Assembly (NCBI GenBank): GCA_003971905.1
Contig: RSEE01000002.1
Span: 1,240,001-1,304,000 of the forward strand
Origin: Moniliella sp. 'wahieum'
Lineage: Eukaryota
Reading direction: 5' to 3'
Length of the DNA: 64,000 nt
Shown here: positions 37,393 to 51,800 of the stretch, piece after piece
Layout of the letters: the number at the start of each line of letters is the position of its first letter
Numbering within the stretch: position 1 is the stretch's first letter
Made by a program: the position numbers and the translations under genes
The notes under the pieces: model-generated
The model's database searches: none
Told to the model about the DNA's origin: nothing
Seen by the model: only the letters and a program-made list of their open reading frames with translations

Positions 37393-38920
37393 ATGAGCTC
37401 CCGGCCCTGGCAGCGGCCCATCCCGCCCAAGGTCATCATTACCAATGCGTCGGTGGTGGATGTGGTGCACTGCCGTGTGTACCGCGCCTACGAGCTGCGC
37501 CTCGACGCTGGCAAGATCGTCTCGGTCGGGCCGGCGTCCGAGGCGCGCTGGGCCGATGCGGTCGTGTACAACGTCGGCGGCCGGTACGTGCTGCCGGGCC
37601 TGATCGACACCCACGTCCACCTCTTCTCGGCCTACGGCAATGTGAGCCTGCACGACGACGCTTCCGCCGACACGCCGTGGCGCACGCTCCGGGCCAGCTG
37701 GGCCGCCAAGGAGATGCTCCATCGCGGCTTCACCACCGTCCGGGACTGTGCCGGCTGTCCGCGCTCCTTTTCCGATGCGCAGCAGGACGGCCTGGTAGAG
37801 GGCCCGCGGATCTTTGTGTCGGGCAAGGCCATCTCCCAGACTGGGGGCCATGGCGACTTTCGCCTGCGCACCGAGGACCACCTCGTGCCGGCTCCTGTGC
37901 CGTGCACGATAACCCCACCCTGGCCCGCGTCGCCGATGGCGTGCCCGCCTGCCTCGCCGCCACACGCGACGAGCTCCGGCGCGGCGCCCATTTCATCAAG
38001 ATCTGTGGCACTGGTACGTCGAACCGAAGCGCTTGCTTGTTTCCGCCTTTCCCACCCCCCCAAGCGGCTGGCCCGGCGCCTCGGACCACCTCCCACTAAC
38101 CACCCCTGCTCTTGCTCTTGGTTGTGCGCTGCGCGCAGGCGGCGGTGTCGCCTCGCCCACCGACCCGATTGGTGCCGTCATGTTCACCAACGACGAATTG
38201 CAGGCCATCACCGGCACTGCGCGCCGGTACGGCAGCTACGCTACCGCGCACGCCTACACGTCCGAATCCGTCATGCATGCCATCAAGAATGGCGTGCGTG
38301 GGATCGAGCATGGCAACTTGGTGGATGACTTGACGCTGCGCTACATGGCCAAACACAATATCTCCCTCACCCCACCCTGGTTACATACTATGCCTTTGCT
38401 CGCCACCCCGACCGGCTCAGCCCCGACTTTCGGCGCAAGAACCAGCAGGTCATCACAGCTGGCCTCGACTGTCTTCGTCGTGCTCACGAGGCCGGGGTGA
38501 CCATCGCGTTTGGCACAGACCTCTTGTCGGACTTTCAACCGTGCGTATCCCCCACCGCTTTCCCTGTCTTGTAGCATACACCGTGCTCGCGCTCTCCTGG
38601 CCATGGGAGAAAGATCACTAACGCTGTCTGGGCTTACTCCCTGGCTGGACGGGCAGGATGCAATCGGAAGAATTCGCCATTCGGGCAACGGTCTTGCCGC
38701 GTGGGCGGTGGTGCAACAAGCGACATGCAACGCGACCGCAGCGGCCGAGGTGCTGGCCAAGCCGGCGTGCTGGGCACCCTCCAGGCAGGCGCGTGGGGGG
38801 ACGTGATTGTCTTGGCGGCCGAGGCGGGCAACCCGTTGGAGACGGTGGACCCACTGGTGCGCGGCGCACAGCACTCGTTGACCTCATCTTCCAACAGGGC
38901 CGCCTCGTCTTTGAACGTAA
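37393..38920 (+). CDS. Metal-dependent amidohydrolase (Xaa-Pro dipeptidase/ochratoxinase-like subgroup)
   Basis: VLPGLIDTHVH, GFTTVRD, GPRIFVSG..ISQTGGHGD, IKIC..GGV.SP, TAHAY, GVRGIEHG, IAFGTD and AT.NA.AAE. Introns at about 38013-38138 and 38541-38656. Confidence 0.9.
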
Positions 38921-38988
38921 CACTAGCCACGTCGTACGTCCCTCTCGCACGGCCGCTTCAACTTCCACTTAATTCTCCCTTCCCGCGG

Positions 38989-39117
38989 CCTTGCCTTGCC
39001 TTGTTTGGCCTTGCGTTGCGTTGCGCTATGTTGCGTTGCCTTGCGTTGCCTTGTGTTGCCTTGCGTTGCCTTGCGTTGCCTTGCGTTGTCTTGTCGTGCC
39101 TTGCCTTGCTTTGCCTT
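38989..39117. repeat. Imperfect pentanucleotide microsatellite (CCTTG/CGTTG)n
   Basis: About 25 units of C[C/G]TTG immediately 3' of the amidohydrolase stop codon. Confidence 0.9.
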
Positions 39118-39751
39118 CCCCCTTGTACCCCCGCTGGGACCCGAACTGGTTCCGTTGTTTCTTGCCCACCCATCAGAGGTATGGGATCTGAGATCCGATC
39201 GATCAGCTGATTTGGATGTCCTTGATCTCTCCCTCCTCTGACTTCGTCGCACATGTGCTTTGGATCGCACGCATCTCATCCATCTCGTGGTTCGATTATC
39301 TTCGTGTCTCATCCCTGGTCTTGGCTTTCTCTCACCCTTTCCTTTCCTTTTTCGTTCCTTTTTCGTTCCTTTCCTTTCTGTTCCTTGCCCTCCGTCTGTT
39401 GTTTGTCCCTTTGCATGCTACCGAACCTCGTTCTGAGCTGCCTTCTTCCCGTCCCCGTTCCATCCCCGTCCCCCTCGCTCTCCCCACGCCTACCATTTCA
39501 TCTTGTTCGAACCCCATCATGGCCGCGGCCAAAGACTAAGCGGGATTCAACTCGTACGCGTTCGCGGGATTAAGTTAAACCAAACGTACCCCCCACACCA
39601 CCTTGGGTTTCGTTGTGTGGGCCGTGGGGGTTTCCAGGCGGAAAAGCTGTGCGAGGCAAATGGGGGTGCCAGCCGGGGCGGGCACATCAACAAGGCGGGT
39701 AAGGAGAGAAAAATAGTGGAAAAGGGGATAACAGGAGGGGATAATAGATAG

Positions 39752-41357
39752 CTAGTCGATCGTCAGTTCCTTGGTTCGGTTGGCTGCGTACTGGTCTTTC
39801 CATGTATCCCAGATCCTGGTGGCAAGCAAAAACAAGAAGAAAATGTGAGTGCGTGCTCTGTGCCACAGTACGATTCCCAGGGTCGTAGCGTCGACGCCAG
39901 CAGGGGGCATTGCACGTACCGTTTCAGTTCAGCAATGTAGCGTTCCTGGACGTCCTCAATTCCTGCGGGGTCGGGGCTTGTTTTGAACCGTTTCGATTGG
40001 CCGTCCGACACAGGCGACAATCGGGTGGCGAAAGGGCAAGAGACCAATATGGTAGTTGAACACGCCACGACCATGAAATAAGGGCAAAGTGAACCCAAAC
40101 AGGGCTTGGAAGCGCTTTTGAAAGCCATAGAGTGCGGTGCCCTTGTCGTTGGCCAGCTGGGCAAAATATCATTCTCCCCAAACGCAAAACGGGCACCAAC
40201 GCCGCCCCCATTGCGAATGGCAATCTTGATGAACCCCAACCGCCGGCGCAGGGTCAAGTCGGCCGTGCCCGGGTGCGCCTTCAGGCTCTCGGTTGCGCCT
40301 CCGACCACAATGGTAATGGAGCTGCCGGGCCCTTGGCGTAGGATCGCCTCGCAACTCGCTCGACTCACACTGCCAATGCCCAAGGACATGAGAAAGTCCC
40401 GGAAGAACGGCAACTTAAGTTGCTGGCCAGCGTGAGAAGGTGCGTGTGAATACCAGGAAAGGACGAGGCAAACTCGGTAGCGTCCGTGGCAAGTTGGCCA
40501 CCGCTCCCATGCCCACCACGCCGTGCGGGTGGTAGCCAAACAGGTACGGCTTGTCCGGCGGCAGGTCCACTGTCTGTTGTCGCACGCCGCGTTCCGGCCA
40601 GAGGAGCATGCCCAAAAAAGGTTAGTTCATATGGCCAGCGGACCCTGGGAGGGGGGGGTCAAACAAAAAAGGGATTGGGATTGGGATTGGGAGTGGGAGG
40701 GGGAGGGGTTACCTTGATGCAGCTGATGGGGTAGTACCCAGCAAAGTACTTCCAGAACTGGGCCTGGCGAAGCGCTGCGATGGGCCGGCCGCCATTCTCG
40801 GCGCCGTGTCGAAAAAGAAGACCAGATGAGGTACGGAAGGACCAACGGCCACAACAGGGGGATCGAACTGGGTCCCGAGTTCCCCAGGAGGCAGAGCACG
40901 GAGAGAGAGATAGTAAAGTCCATTTTCGGGGGCAGGGGGGAGGGGTTACCGGTCAGCTACGAGCCCTGCGCCACTGCCACTGCCACCGCCACCGCCACCG
41001 CACCAGTCAACAGCCAAGGCGTCAAAGCCAAGGCGGGATGGCGGGATGCGGAGTGGGGCAACGGGCGACGCGGGGACGGGGAGGGAGGCGTACCAGCAAA
41101 AAAGAAGAGGATGAGACGATGGGGATGCTCAGCCCCCAGAGGAAGACAGCGAGCGTTTTTCATCCGGCGGTGCCGCATGCTGACGGTGGGGACAAAGCGG
41201 AGCGAGTGCTGGCGATGCAGCTCGCGGCTGGCCGCGTCGGATGGTGGCTGGCCCTCCTCGCGTCGGCGTCGGCGTCGGGGCGGGGGGCAGCGGCAGCGGT
41301 GGGCGGCGGCGGGGGATGGCCATTGAGGTGCTGGGTGGGGGTGCGGCGGGCGGACAT
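39752..41357 (-). CDS. DGA1: Diacylglycerol O-acyltransferase 2 (DGAT2)
   Basis: FWKYFAGYYP, YLFGYHPHG, LPFFRDFLM.LG, IVVGGA.ESL, LRRRLGFIKIA, FGEND and FHGRG.FNY. Several introns and frameshifts. Confidence 0.93.
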
Positions 41358-41575
41358 GGTGCTGGGAGGCAGGAAGGACGCGGCGGGCAAGGCGGGCGAG
41401 GCGGACGCAGGCGGCGTAAATTCGCGGTGGACCAGGGGTTAAGAGTGTGATACAGTGGGTCTGTGCGGGGCACAACAAAACGGCGGGGCAGCTGGATCTT
41501 ACCGTGTGGGTTAGACGTTCGTGGCGCCTTGGCCGCGTGCGCTGTCTGGCGTCCGTCTCGGCCTTCCAGCTGGGA

Positions 41576-41728
41576 TGCCTTCTGTCTGCCTGCCGTCTGC
41601 CTTCCATCTGAGGTACCTTCCATCTGCCTTCCATCTGAGATACCTTCCATCGGCCTGCCATCTAGATACCTTCCATCTGCCTGCCATCTGCCTTCCATCG
41701 TTGTAGATACCTTCCATCGGCCTTCCAG
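41576..41728. repeat. Imperfect minisatellite with CCTTCCATC core in the DGA1/dyn1 divergent intergenic region
   Basis: Repeated (AGATA)CCTTCCATCTG and CTGCC units, with about 7 CCTTCCAT cores. Confidence 0.85.
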
Positions 41729-42813
41729 CGCCTCCCCCGGCTGCGTGGGGCTGATGGCACGTGCTGCTGTGCGACCCATTGCGGCTGAGCCTCAGCGCTG
41801 ATGACCTGGCGAGGACTGCGTTGAGTTCAGGACTCCACTTGGTATACCGTACGGATGGTGCGGGGAGGACTACTCAGTAGAGGGAGTTATGATCGCTTCA
41901 GCCGCGTCGCATGGCAGACGACGCTGACGCGCGCGATGCGTGATGATGGGGCCAGGAGAGGGGTTTCACAGAACCGATTGCCACGCCCCGCTTAGCGCTA
42001 ACGCTTACCGGTTGGTTACCCCACCTCTCCTGCCTTGCCAACCAGCTCGGGGCGCAACAGAGAGAGGCACGCACCAGACCCTTCCACCCAACTCCAAACT
42101 TGCTTGCTTCGGCTCCCAGCCGGGGCGACCGACCCGGCGGTTGGAGCCGCTCACGCCCGCCTTGGGCCTCTCGGCGGCTGAGCCTCAAGCTTCCGCGGTC
42201 AACGTCCCCGAGAGGGTTGTCCGCACCCGACCGACACAGATAGCGGCCCGACCCCTTGTCTGCAATGCACGTCTTCTTCTCCCCCCACGCACCGATACCC
42301 CACACCAGACTCTCCCTCGTGGCTCCTCCTACCACACGGGGGCATACCGGAGGATGCTGGGAGGATGTCGCATGCCGGATGCTGCATGCTGGAGCGGATC
42401 CAGTGCGTAGCGCTCCTCTATATCGATTGGATGGCGGTCTGGTGGTGGCGGGCTGCCTAGTGCGCGCCCCGAAGCGCGTTCTCGGTGGTGCTGGCCGCTT
42501 TCAACTCGCTGCTCAGATGGTCGGTGACCAATGGTGGGTGATCCCGACGGCAGCTTCAAATGGCAATGCGCGTACGTAATGCGGCATGCGCGTCCCGCAC
42601 GGGGCCAGTGTGGGTGGGGGGTGCGTGGCTCGCCTGCGCCACCAGCCAGTCAACCGCCACGGCCAGTCCAGCATCCACCGTCACGCCGGCAGACACGCCT
42701 CGGCCACCACCGCCATTGCCTTGGCTCTCGCCGCCGCCACCACCACCACCACACCACCGCCTCCACCACCTCCACCCCTCCCCTCCCCCCCCCCCCCCTG
42801 CCCGCCCGCGGCC

Positions 42814-45800
42814 ATGTCTGTCCTGACGCGGGGCTACCGAAGGCCGTCCGCAGCGCCCCGTCGGCTGACCTGCTGGATGCGCCCGAGCCCAGCTTTGCGT
42901 TCGACATCGACACGCTGCGCAGCTACCTTGTCTCCATTCTGCCCCCCTTCTCAATGCCCAGGTTTCTGCCCTCGAAGCCTCTTTTTGCCCCACCCCCACC
43001 ACCTGGTCCGCCGCCCGCGGCCTCGATTCCGACTCCTTCGCCCCCCTTCGTCCCCCCTCTCGCCGCGCCCCCCAACGGCGACGCCGAGCTTGCTGCAAGC
43101 AGCGACCGCCCAAGCTGGCACGATATAGCGGCCACCTTTGCTCGCGAGCCCAGCATTCCTGTCATATACATCAACCAGCTCCGCAAACAGAGCCCTGATG
43201 CCGACAGTGACCCCAGTGCGTTCTTCCCTCCCTCCCCCCCCCGCTACACCGTCGTACGTCGTGACTGACTGTCATTCTCTATGCAGGCGACCCGTGCGCG
43301 TTTATACAATCACGACCGAGGTGGCGTACAACAATCAACTCGTCGCCAGCATTGCGCTCATCAAGCGCGTCCCCTTCCTTGAGGCCGATGTGCCTCTCTC
43401 GCAGCAGATCTACATCTTCTCCCTCTTTGGCCCGGCCAACGCTCTTGGTCTGCCTGCCGATGACAAGCGCGAGACCCTCGGCGACCGAACAGGCAAGGTC
43501 AACAACGAGAGCAAAGGGCTCCGTGAGACGCCTTTTGAGGCACTGCATAGTGTTGTCCACAATGTGATGGCCCCTGGTTTGACGCCTACGTCAACAGAAG
43601 CGCCGATGCTGCCTCGGACCTTACTGTCACCGCTCCGGGCGCTGGAAGCGTGCTCAAGGGCAAGGAGAACGACGCCCGTCTGGGGATTCCGATGACAAAA
43701 AAGAAGTTTGCTGAGCTCGAGGTCTCTTTTGCACCTCCAGCAGAATGTCGAGATCCCCGAGATCCACCTCAACGTGCACCCCGTCGTACGTCAAACCGTA
43801 GAGCGCTGCCAGGCCGAGGACCGTCGTATCACAGTCGATGCGATTGAGCCACCATCGATGCTGCAAGACTACCTTCCTCAATCGCCTTCAAGCCGACGTC
43901 AATGGCTGGGTCAAGGAGATCCAGACGGTCACCAAGTTGGACCGAGACCCCGCTACGGGCACGGCATCCCAAGAGGTCAACTTTTGGCTCTCGATGGAAA
44001 AGGCACAGGAGCAGATTGAGAATCAGTTGCGTTCAGCACCTGTCGTGCTCACGCTCGATATCTCCGCAGTGCGAAGCGCTACCACGCCACCACCTCTTTC
44101 CTCGCCGACACGGGACTGAAGGAGTGCGCAGAGCGCACTCATCTCTTCAACCTGTTGATGCGCGACTTTCCCATCAACGATCTTCTTTCAGCCACCGACC
44201 TGGACCGGGCTGCCGATGCGCTGCTCGCTGTCTTTTCCCATTGAACAAGAAGCTCCGCATCAGTCCGTATCCGGTCAAGAAGGCGCTTTCCCTTGTCGAT
44301 GCCATCTCGCGCGACTTGAATGACACTCTGATCAACATCCTTGGTCCCTTGCGGATCATGTACATGGAGTATGAGCGGTTTACTCTACTCTCGAATCCGC
44401 CTCGCGCGTATTTCTCGCCTGGGATGAGGGCCACAAAGAGTTTGTCTCGACAGGTCGCGAAGTGATCAAAAAGCGCGGCGAAAAGTTCTTGCCCATCAAG
44501 GTCAACCCGGTACATTTGCAGCTGCGCAACCGGCTGTCGTATCTTGCTACCTTTCGCAAGACGCACGAACAGCTTCGTATCATGGTCTCTTCCGGTAAGG
44601 CAATGAGCCTGGCCAGTACGGCGGCGGTGAGTGCAGAGACGCAACAACAACCCTTGCTGGCAGCAAGATGATGGATGCGATCAATGCGGCGTACGACTCG
44701 GTCAAGGCGATCGACGTGCTGGATGTGAGCTTGGAAGGTGCCGAAATTTGGGCGTCGGCTGAACTGGCGTACAACGAACGGGTTGCACGGGTGGAGAACA
44801 GCTTGATGCGCGACTGCGCGACCTGCTGGGTCAGGCCAAGACAGCGCGGGACATGCTGCGGGTCCTGTCGCAGTTCAACACGCTCTTTGTTCGACCCAAG
44901 GTGCGCGGTGCGGTGCAAGAGTACCAGCAGCAGCTTCTGCACAGTGTCAAGGCCGATATCCAGGGCCTGCACGACAAGTTTAAGCGGCAGTACCAAAACA
45001 GCGAGGCTCACCACATGAGCCAGCTGCGCGACCTGCCCAACATTGCCGGCGCCATCATCTGGACTCGTCAGATCGATAACCAGCTCAAGGTGTACATGCA
45101 CCGTGTGGAGGATGTGCTGGGCCGCGGATGGGAGGACTATGCCGAGGGGCAGAAGCTCAAGAACGAATCGGATGGCTTCCGCCGCAAGCTTGACCCGGCC
45201 CCGCTGCTGCAAGCGTGGCTGCGCGACATCCAACGGCGTGACTTGAACGTCACGGGGCGCATGTTTGCCATTACCTTTACCCGCTCCACTGGGGTTTACA
45301 CACTCAGCGTCAACTTTGACCGCAGGTCATCACGCTGTTCAAAGAGGTGCGCAACCTCTTGCTCAAATCCCGACGCCCACCATCCCGTTTGCTGTGCAGA
45401 ACGTGGCGCGGGATGCGCGGCGGATTTACCCCCATGCGGTCAGCTTGACCGAGACGGTCCGCACCTACAAACCAGAACAACCTGGTTGCCAAACACCCCA
45501 AAATCAAGTGTCTCCTCGCCCAGCTGCAGACCGACGTCAATACCCTCATCTCCCAGGGCTTTAGCTCGCGCTGGGAAAACCTCAAGTCGGACGACAGTTC
45601 GGGTCGGGGCGCGCACTACCTCCCTGGCACCGCCGGCCAACACATGGCCGCGCAGGAACACAAGACGGTCGCCTACGTCCGCTCCTTTGCTAGTGCCGTG
45701 TCCCTGTACCAGACCGTGCGGCCGAGGTGATCGCGATGCAGGAGCAGATGGAGCAGTTGGTGGAGGAGTGAGTTGATGTCTGCCCTTACTCCTACACCGA

Positions 45801-48800
45801 GTTTGCCTCCCGGCTGAACAAGATCCAAACCACGGTGGACCAACTCAACTTGGAAGGCTACCCCAACCTGGACGAGTGGACGGCGCAGATTGATGCAGCT
45901 ACCGAACAGCCCTGATCGAGCGGTCAAGGCAATCATCCAGGTCTGGTGCCAAGAGTTTGTCAAGGAGCTCTTCCTCCCGTCCTCAGCCTAAAAAACAGCA
46001 GAATGAGGTACGTCTTCTCTCTTCTCCGTTTTTGCCCCTTGGCCCTTGCGCCCTGCTAGGAAGTTAGACGCTAACCCTCTCTCCTTAGGCTGAACAGACA
46101 TCGCAGGACACGGTCGATTTGCCCGTGGTCACCCACGAAGTGAGAATCCAGAATCACGTCATTTATCTTGACCCACACTGGAGCACTCGCGCGCCGATTG
46201 GATCCAACGCTTGCAAGGTGTGATTGCCAACATCTGCTCCTGCCGCGTGTGCGGAGTGCGCGCTACGAACTGGGTTTCCAGTACTCGGGCCAAGACGAGA
46301 AGGAAAGCACGTTTCCTCGCTCCTGACCAAGTTGCCGCCGGGCACGCTGGAGCTGCCCATTGCACTGGTCGAGGGCCAGCTACAAAAGTTGACCCAGTAT
46401 GTTGGTAAGTGGCTCCAGTTCCAGTCGTTGTGGGACTTGGAGGCGGAGAGGGTGTTTGACTCGTTGGGGGACGACTTGGCGAAATGGCAAGCGCTCCTGG
46501 CCGACATTCGCAAGACACGTTCCACCTTTGACAACAGCGAGACCCAGCGCTCGTTTGGTATTGCTGTGGTGGACTATGAACAGGTCCAGTCGCGCGTCAA
46601 CTCCAAGTACGATGCGTGGCAACGCGACATTCTCAATCGGTTTGGCAGCAAACTCGGCGCAGCCATGTCGGAGATGTACGCCAAGATCTCCAAGGCCCGC
46701 TTGGATCTGGAACAGCACTCGATCGAGTCGAGCACCACGGCGGCGACGGTAACGTTTATCACGTTGGTCCAGGACCTGAAGCGCAACGTCAAGAAGTGGG
46801 CGCCGCAAATTGAGATTTTCTCGACGGGTCAAAAGACGTTGGAGCGACAGCGCTACATGTTCCCGAGCGATTGGCTCTACATTGACCAGATCGAAGGCGA
46901 GTGGAGCGCGTTCAACGAGATTCTCAAACGCAAGAACGCCTCGATTCAGGACCAGCTGCCTGGTCTGCAGGCCAAAATGTCGGCCCAAGACCAGATCTTG
47001 CGCGAAAAGATCACCACCATCACTGCCGATTGGGAACAGAACAAACCCATCCAGGGGCGCATCCAACCGGAAGACGCACTGGCTGCCATTGCTAGCTTTG
47101 ATTCGCGTCTCAGCAATTGAGCGATGAACGGGACCTGATGGCGCGGGCCAAGAATCGCTCGAGCTGACCATCGTCCCGATGACCGCCTGGACCGATTCAG
47201 GAGGAGCTGGCGGACCTCAAGGGCGTCTGGACCGCGCTCTCCGGGACCTGGGGGCAGATCAACGAGCTGCGCGAAATTCACTGGGCCAATGTCCAGACCC
47301 GCAAGATTCGCCAACGCCTCGATGGCTTGATCAACCAGATGAAGGAATTGCCCAGTCGCATGCGGCAGTACGCTGCGTTTGAGTACATGCAAGAGCAACT
47401 GCGTTCCCTGCTCAAGGCCAACATGTTGGTGCAGGATCTCAAGAGCGAGGCGATGCGGGAGCGTCATTGGCGTTCGCTCTACAAGCAGCTCAAGATCACC
47501 CAGCTCTACACCCCTTCCTCGGTCACCTTGGGCACCGTTTGGGATCTGGACCTGAAGCGCAACGAATCGGTGGTCAAGAGTGTCTTGGCGTCGCCCAGGG
47601 AGAACTGGCGTTGGAGGATACATTAAGCAGGTTCGCGAAACCTGGACCAACTACCCGCTGGAACTGGTCAACTATCAGAACAAGTGCCGTCTGATCCGCG
47701 GCTGGGACAACCTGTTCCAACTCGCCTCGGACAACCACAATGCGCTCAAGGCCATGTCCATGTCGCCGCACTACAAGGTATTTGAGGAAGACGCCAAGAT
47801 CTGGGAAGATCGGCTGTCCAAGGTCCTCGTCTTGTTTGACACGTGGATCGACGTGCAACGCCAGTGGGTCTACCTCGAGGGCATCTTTACCGGCAGTGCC
47901 GAAATTCGTCACATCTTGCCCATCGAAAGCTCCCGGTTCCAAAACATCAACTCGGAGTTTTTGGCCGTGATGAAAAAGGTGTACAAAGCCCCCTTTGTCC
48001 TCGAGGTGCTCAACATCCCCCAGGTTCAAAAGAGTCTCGACCGTCTGGCCGACCTGCTGGGCAAGATCCAAAAGGCGTTGGGCGAGTACCTGGAACGCGA
48101 GCGCGCCAGCTTCCCCCGTTTCTACTTTGTCGGTGACGAGGATTTGTGGAAATTATTGGCAACAGCAAGGATGTCCACCGCGTGCTCAAGCACCTCAAGA
48201 AGATGTTTGCCGGCGTGGCGACGATTGAGGTGGACGAGGAAGCGACACAGCTGCGGGGCATGACCAGTCGCGAGGGCGAAGTGGTCGCGTTCCATCAACC
48301 GATCGTGCTCAAAGACTTTACCAAGGTGAACGATTGGTTGGCGGCGATTGAGAATATGATGCGCGTCTCGCTGGCGCACAAGCTCCATGATGCCTATGCC
48401 GACCTCAAGTCTTTCTACGGCGCCAAGGAGGCCTGTCGCTTGACAAGTTCCTCGCCTGGATCGATACGTACCCCGCTCAGCTGGTCGTGCTGACCACCCA
48501 GATCATCTGGACCACGTTGGTGGAACAAGGTCTGAAAGTAGGCGACCTGTCGGACGCGCTCAATATTGTCCTACGTGGACTCGATATGCTTGCCGATACC
48601 GTCTTGACGGACGTGCCTTTGCTCCAGCGACGCAAGTGCGAGCACCTGATCACCGAACTTGTTCACCAACGCGACGTGATTCGCCTTCCAAACGCAAGAC
48701 ATCAAGTCCGAGACCGACTTTGCGTGGCTCTATCATATGCGGTTCTACTTTGACGCGGCGGTGGAGGACCCGTTGGACCGGCTCAAGATCCACATGGCTC

Positions 48801-51800
48801 AAGCTGTCTTCCCGTACGGATGGGAGTACTTGGGTGTGCCCGACCGGCTGGTGCAGACACCGTTGACGGATCGTTGTTACCTCACCCTAACCCAGGCCCT
48901 GAACCAGCAGTTGGGTGGGGCACCGTTCGGGCCTGCCGGGACAGGCAAGACCGAGTCGGTGAAAGCTATGGGCGTGCAACTTGGCATGTTTGTCCTTGTC
49001 TTTGTTGCGACGAGACGTTTGATTTCCAGGCCATGGGCCGGATCTTTGTTGGTCTTTGCCGCGTGGGTGCGTGGGGCTGCTTCGACGAGTTTAATCGGTT
49101 GGAAGAGCGGATTCTGTCGGCCGTATCGCAGCAAGTACAGGCCATCCAGGCCGGGCTGGCCACGGCAGCCTCCAAACCCGATACAGAGATTGAACTGGTT
49201 GGCAAGAGCGTGCAGATCAACCCGCGTACCGGCATCTTTATCACCACCAACCCGACCTATGCGGGCGGTCCAACTTGCCGGACAATCTCAAGCTGTTCAG
49301 GCCAATGGCCATGACGCAGCCCGACCGCGAGTTGATTGCACAGGTGATGCTCTTCTCCCAAGGGTTCCGCACCGCCGAGGTCCTGGCGTAAAATTGTCCC
49401 CTTCTTCAATCTCTGTCTTGAGCAGCTCAGCCCCCAGCCCCACTACGACTTTGGCCTGCGTGCACTCAAGTCGGTCTTGGTGAGCGCTGGCCAACTCAAG
49501 CGCGAGCGGCTCTTGCTCAGCCCAGCGCACCAGGACATGGCACAGTCGGAGCAGGAACTGCTCATTCAGAGCGTTTACGAGACGATCGTGCCCAAGCTGG
49601 TGGCGGAAGATGTGCCGCTGCTCACGTCGCTCTTGTCGGATGTGTTCCCCAATGTGGAGTACAACCCGATGGCGTGGAAAAAATGAAGGAGCACATCTCG
49701 GCCGTCTGTGCCGAGCAGAATTTGGTCAACAAGGGTCTCTGGCTCGACAAGGTGATCCAGTTGTACCTCATTCAAAAGATCTCTCATGGTCTCATGCTCG
49801 TTGGGCCATCAGGCACCGGCAAGTCCACCGCCTGGCGTGTCTTGCTGGCTGCACTGGAAAAGATGGAAGGCGTGGAGGGCGTGTCGTACGTGATCGACCC
49901 CAAGGCCATGTCGAAAGATGCCCTGTACGGTACGCTCGACCAAACGACCCGCGAGTGGACTGATGGTCTCTTCACCCACATCCTGCGTAAGATTGTCGAC
50001 AACGTTCGTGGCGAGAGCACCAAGCGCCACTGGATCATCTTTGATGGCGATGTGGACCCCGAGTGGGTCGAGAACCTCAACTCGTACGTCTCTTTCCTCA
50101 TCCGCTTTGCATATGAGCGTCGACGTTGTAAGGATGCTAACCATGTTTGGAATGTGTGTGTGCGTGTGTGTAGGGTACTGGACGACAACAAGCTCTTGAC
50201 GCTGCCCAATGGTGAACGCTTGAACTTGCCTCCCAACGTCAAAATCATCTTTGAGGTGGAGCATCTGAAGTACGCCACCTTGGCTACCGTTTCCCGGTGT
50301 GGCATGATTTGGTTCAGTGATGATATTGTTCAGTCCAACATGCTGTACCACCACTATCTCTCCAACCTGCGCTCAATGGTCCTGGGCACGGATGATGATG
50401 ATGGGCTGGGCTTGGCGAAGCTTAAGAAGGCCCCGATGACGATGCGAACGTGTCGCCCGAATTGATCAACCAGCGAATTGTGGCCGACGTACTCGCTCCG
50501 TACTTTAGCGACGATGGGCTGGTCAACCGCGCACTCGAATTCGCCAAGACAACATGGCATATTATGGACTTTACCACGGCGCGTGCGCTACGACCCTCTT
50601 CAGTCTGCTCAACAAGTCGGTGCGCAACATCCAGGCGTACAACCAAGACCACATTGACTTCCCGCTCACCGCCGAGCAGATCGAAAGCTACATGGTCAAA
50701 CGCTGGTTATTGCGCTGGTTTGGTCCTTTAGCGGCGATTCGAAATTGGGGGTGCGGGCCCAGCTGGGTGACTTTATCTCGCGTCAAGCCGGGGTGGACTT
50801 GCCCCCGCTCGGCCCAACGGTTCCTTGATCGACTACGACGTGCAGATCAATGGGGCAGACTGGTTCCCGTGGCAGAGCAGAGTACCAACGATCGACATTG
50901 AGACCAGCGCGGTCTTGTCGTCAGACATTGTTATTCCCACCATGGACACGGTGCGACACGAGGAGGTGCTATACTCGTGGCTGTCGGAGCACAAGCCATG
51001 CTGCTCTGTGGCCCACCCGGGTCGGGAAAGACGATGACGTTGTTCAGTGCGCTGCGCAAGTTGACCGACATGGAGGTTGTCGGTCTCAACTTCTCTTCGG
51101 CGACCACACCCGAGCTGATCCTCAAGACGTTCGAGCAGTACTGCGAGTACCACAAGACGTCCAATGGCGTTTTCTTGTCGCCCCAGCAGATTGGGCGGTG
51201 GATCGTGGTGTTCTGCGATGAGATCAATTTGCCGGCACTCGACAAGTACGGGACGCAACGCGTCATCTCCTTCTTGCGTCAACTTGTCGAGTCGGGCGGA
51301 TTCTGGCGCGCATCGGACAAGGCATGGGTGCAACTGGAACGCATCCAGTTTGTCGGGGCGTGCAACCCCCCTACGGACCCGGGACGTGTGCCGTTGAGCC
51401 ACCGCTTCCTCCGTCATGCGCCGCTCGTCATGGTGGACTACCCGGGCGAGGTGTCGCTCAACCAGATTTACCAGACGTTCAACCGTGCGATGCTCAAGGT
51501 GGTACCTACGCTGCGCGGCTACGCCGAACCCATCACGGCGGCCATGGTTGACTTTTACCTTGCCTCCCAGCACGAGTTTACGCCAGACCGTCAAGCCCAC
51601 TATGTTTATTCGCCTCGTGAGCTCACGCGGTGGATGCGCGGGGTGTATGCTGCGATCCAACCGCTCGAGTCGTTGAGCCTCGAGGGCCTGGTGCGCATTT
51701 GGGCGCACGAGGGCTTGCGTCTGTTCCAGGACCGGTTGGTGACGGAGGAGGAGCGGCGCTGGACAGACGAGAAGATTGATGCCGTGGCGCTTCAGCACTT

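Noticed and set aside
38989..41728. Tandem repeats as CRISPR-like or telomeric arrays
   Set aside because: There are no unique spacers or TTAGGG units. They are ordinary micro- and minisatellites in a eukaryote.
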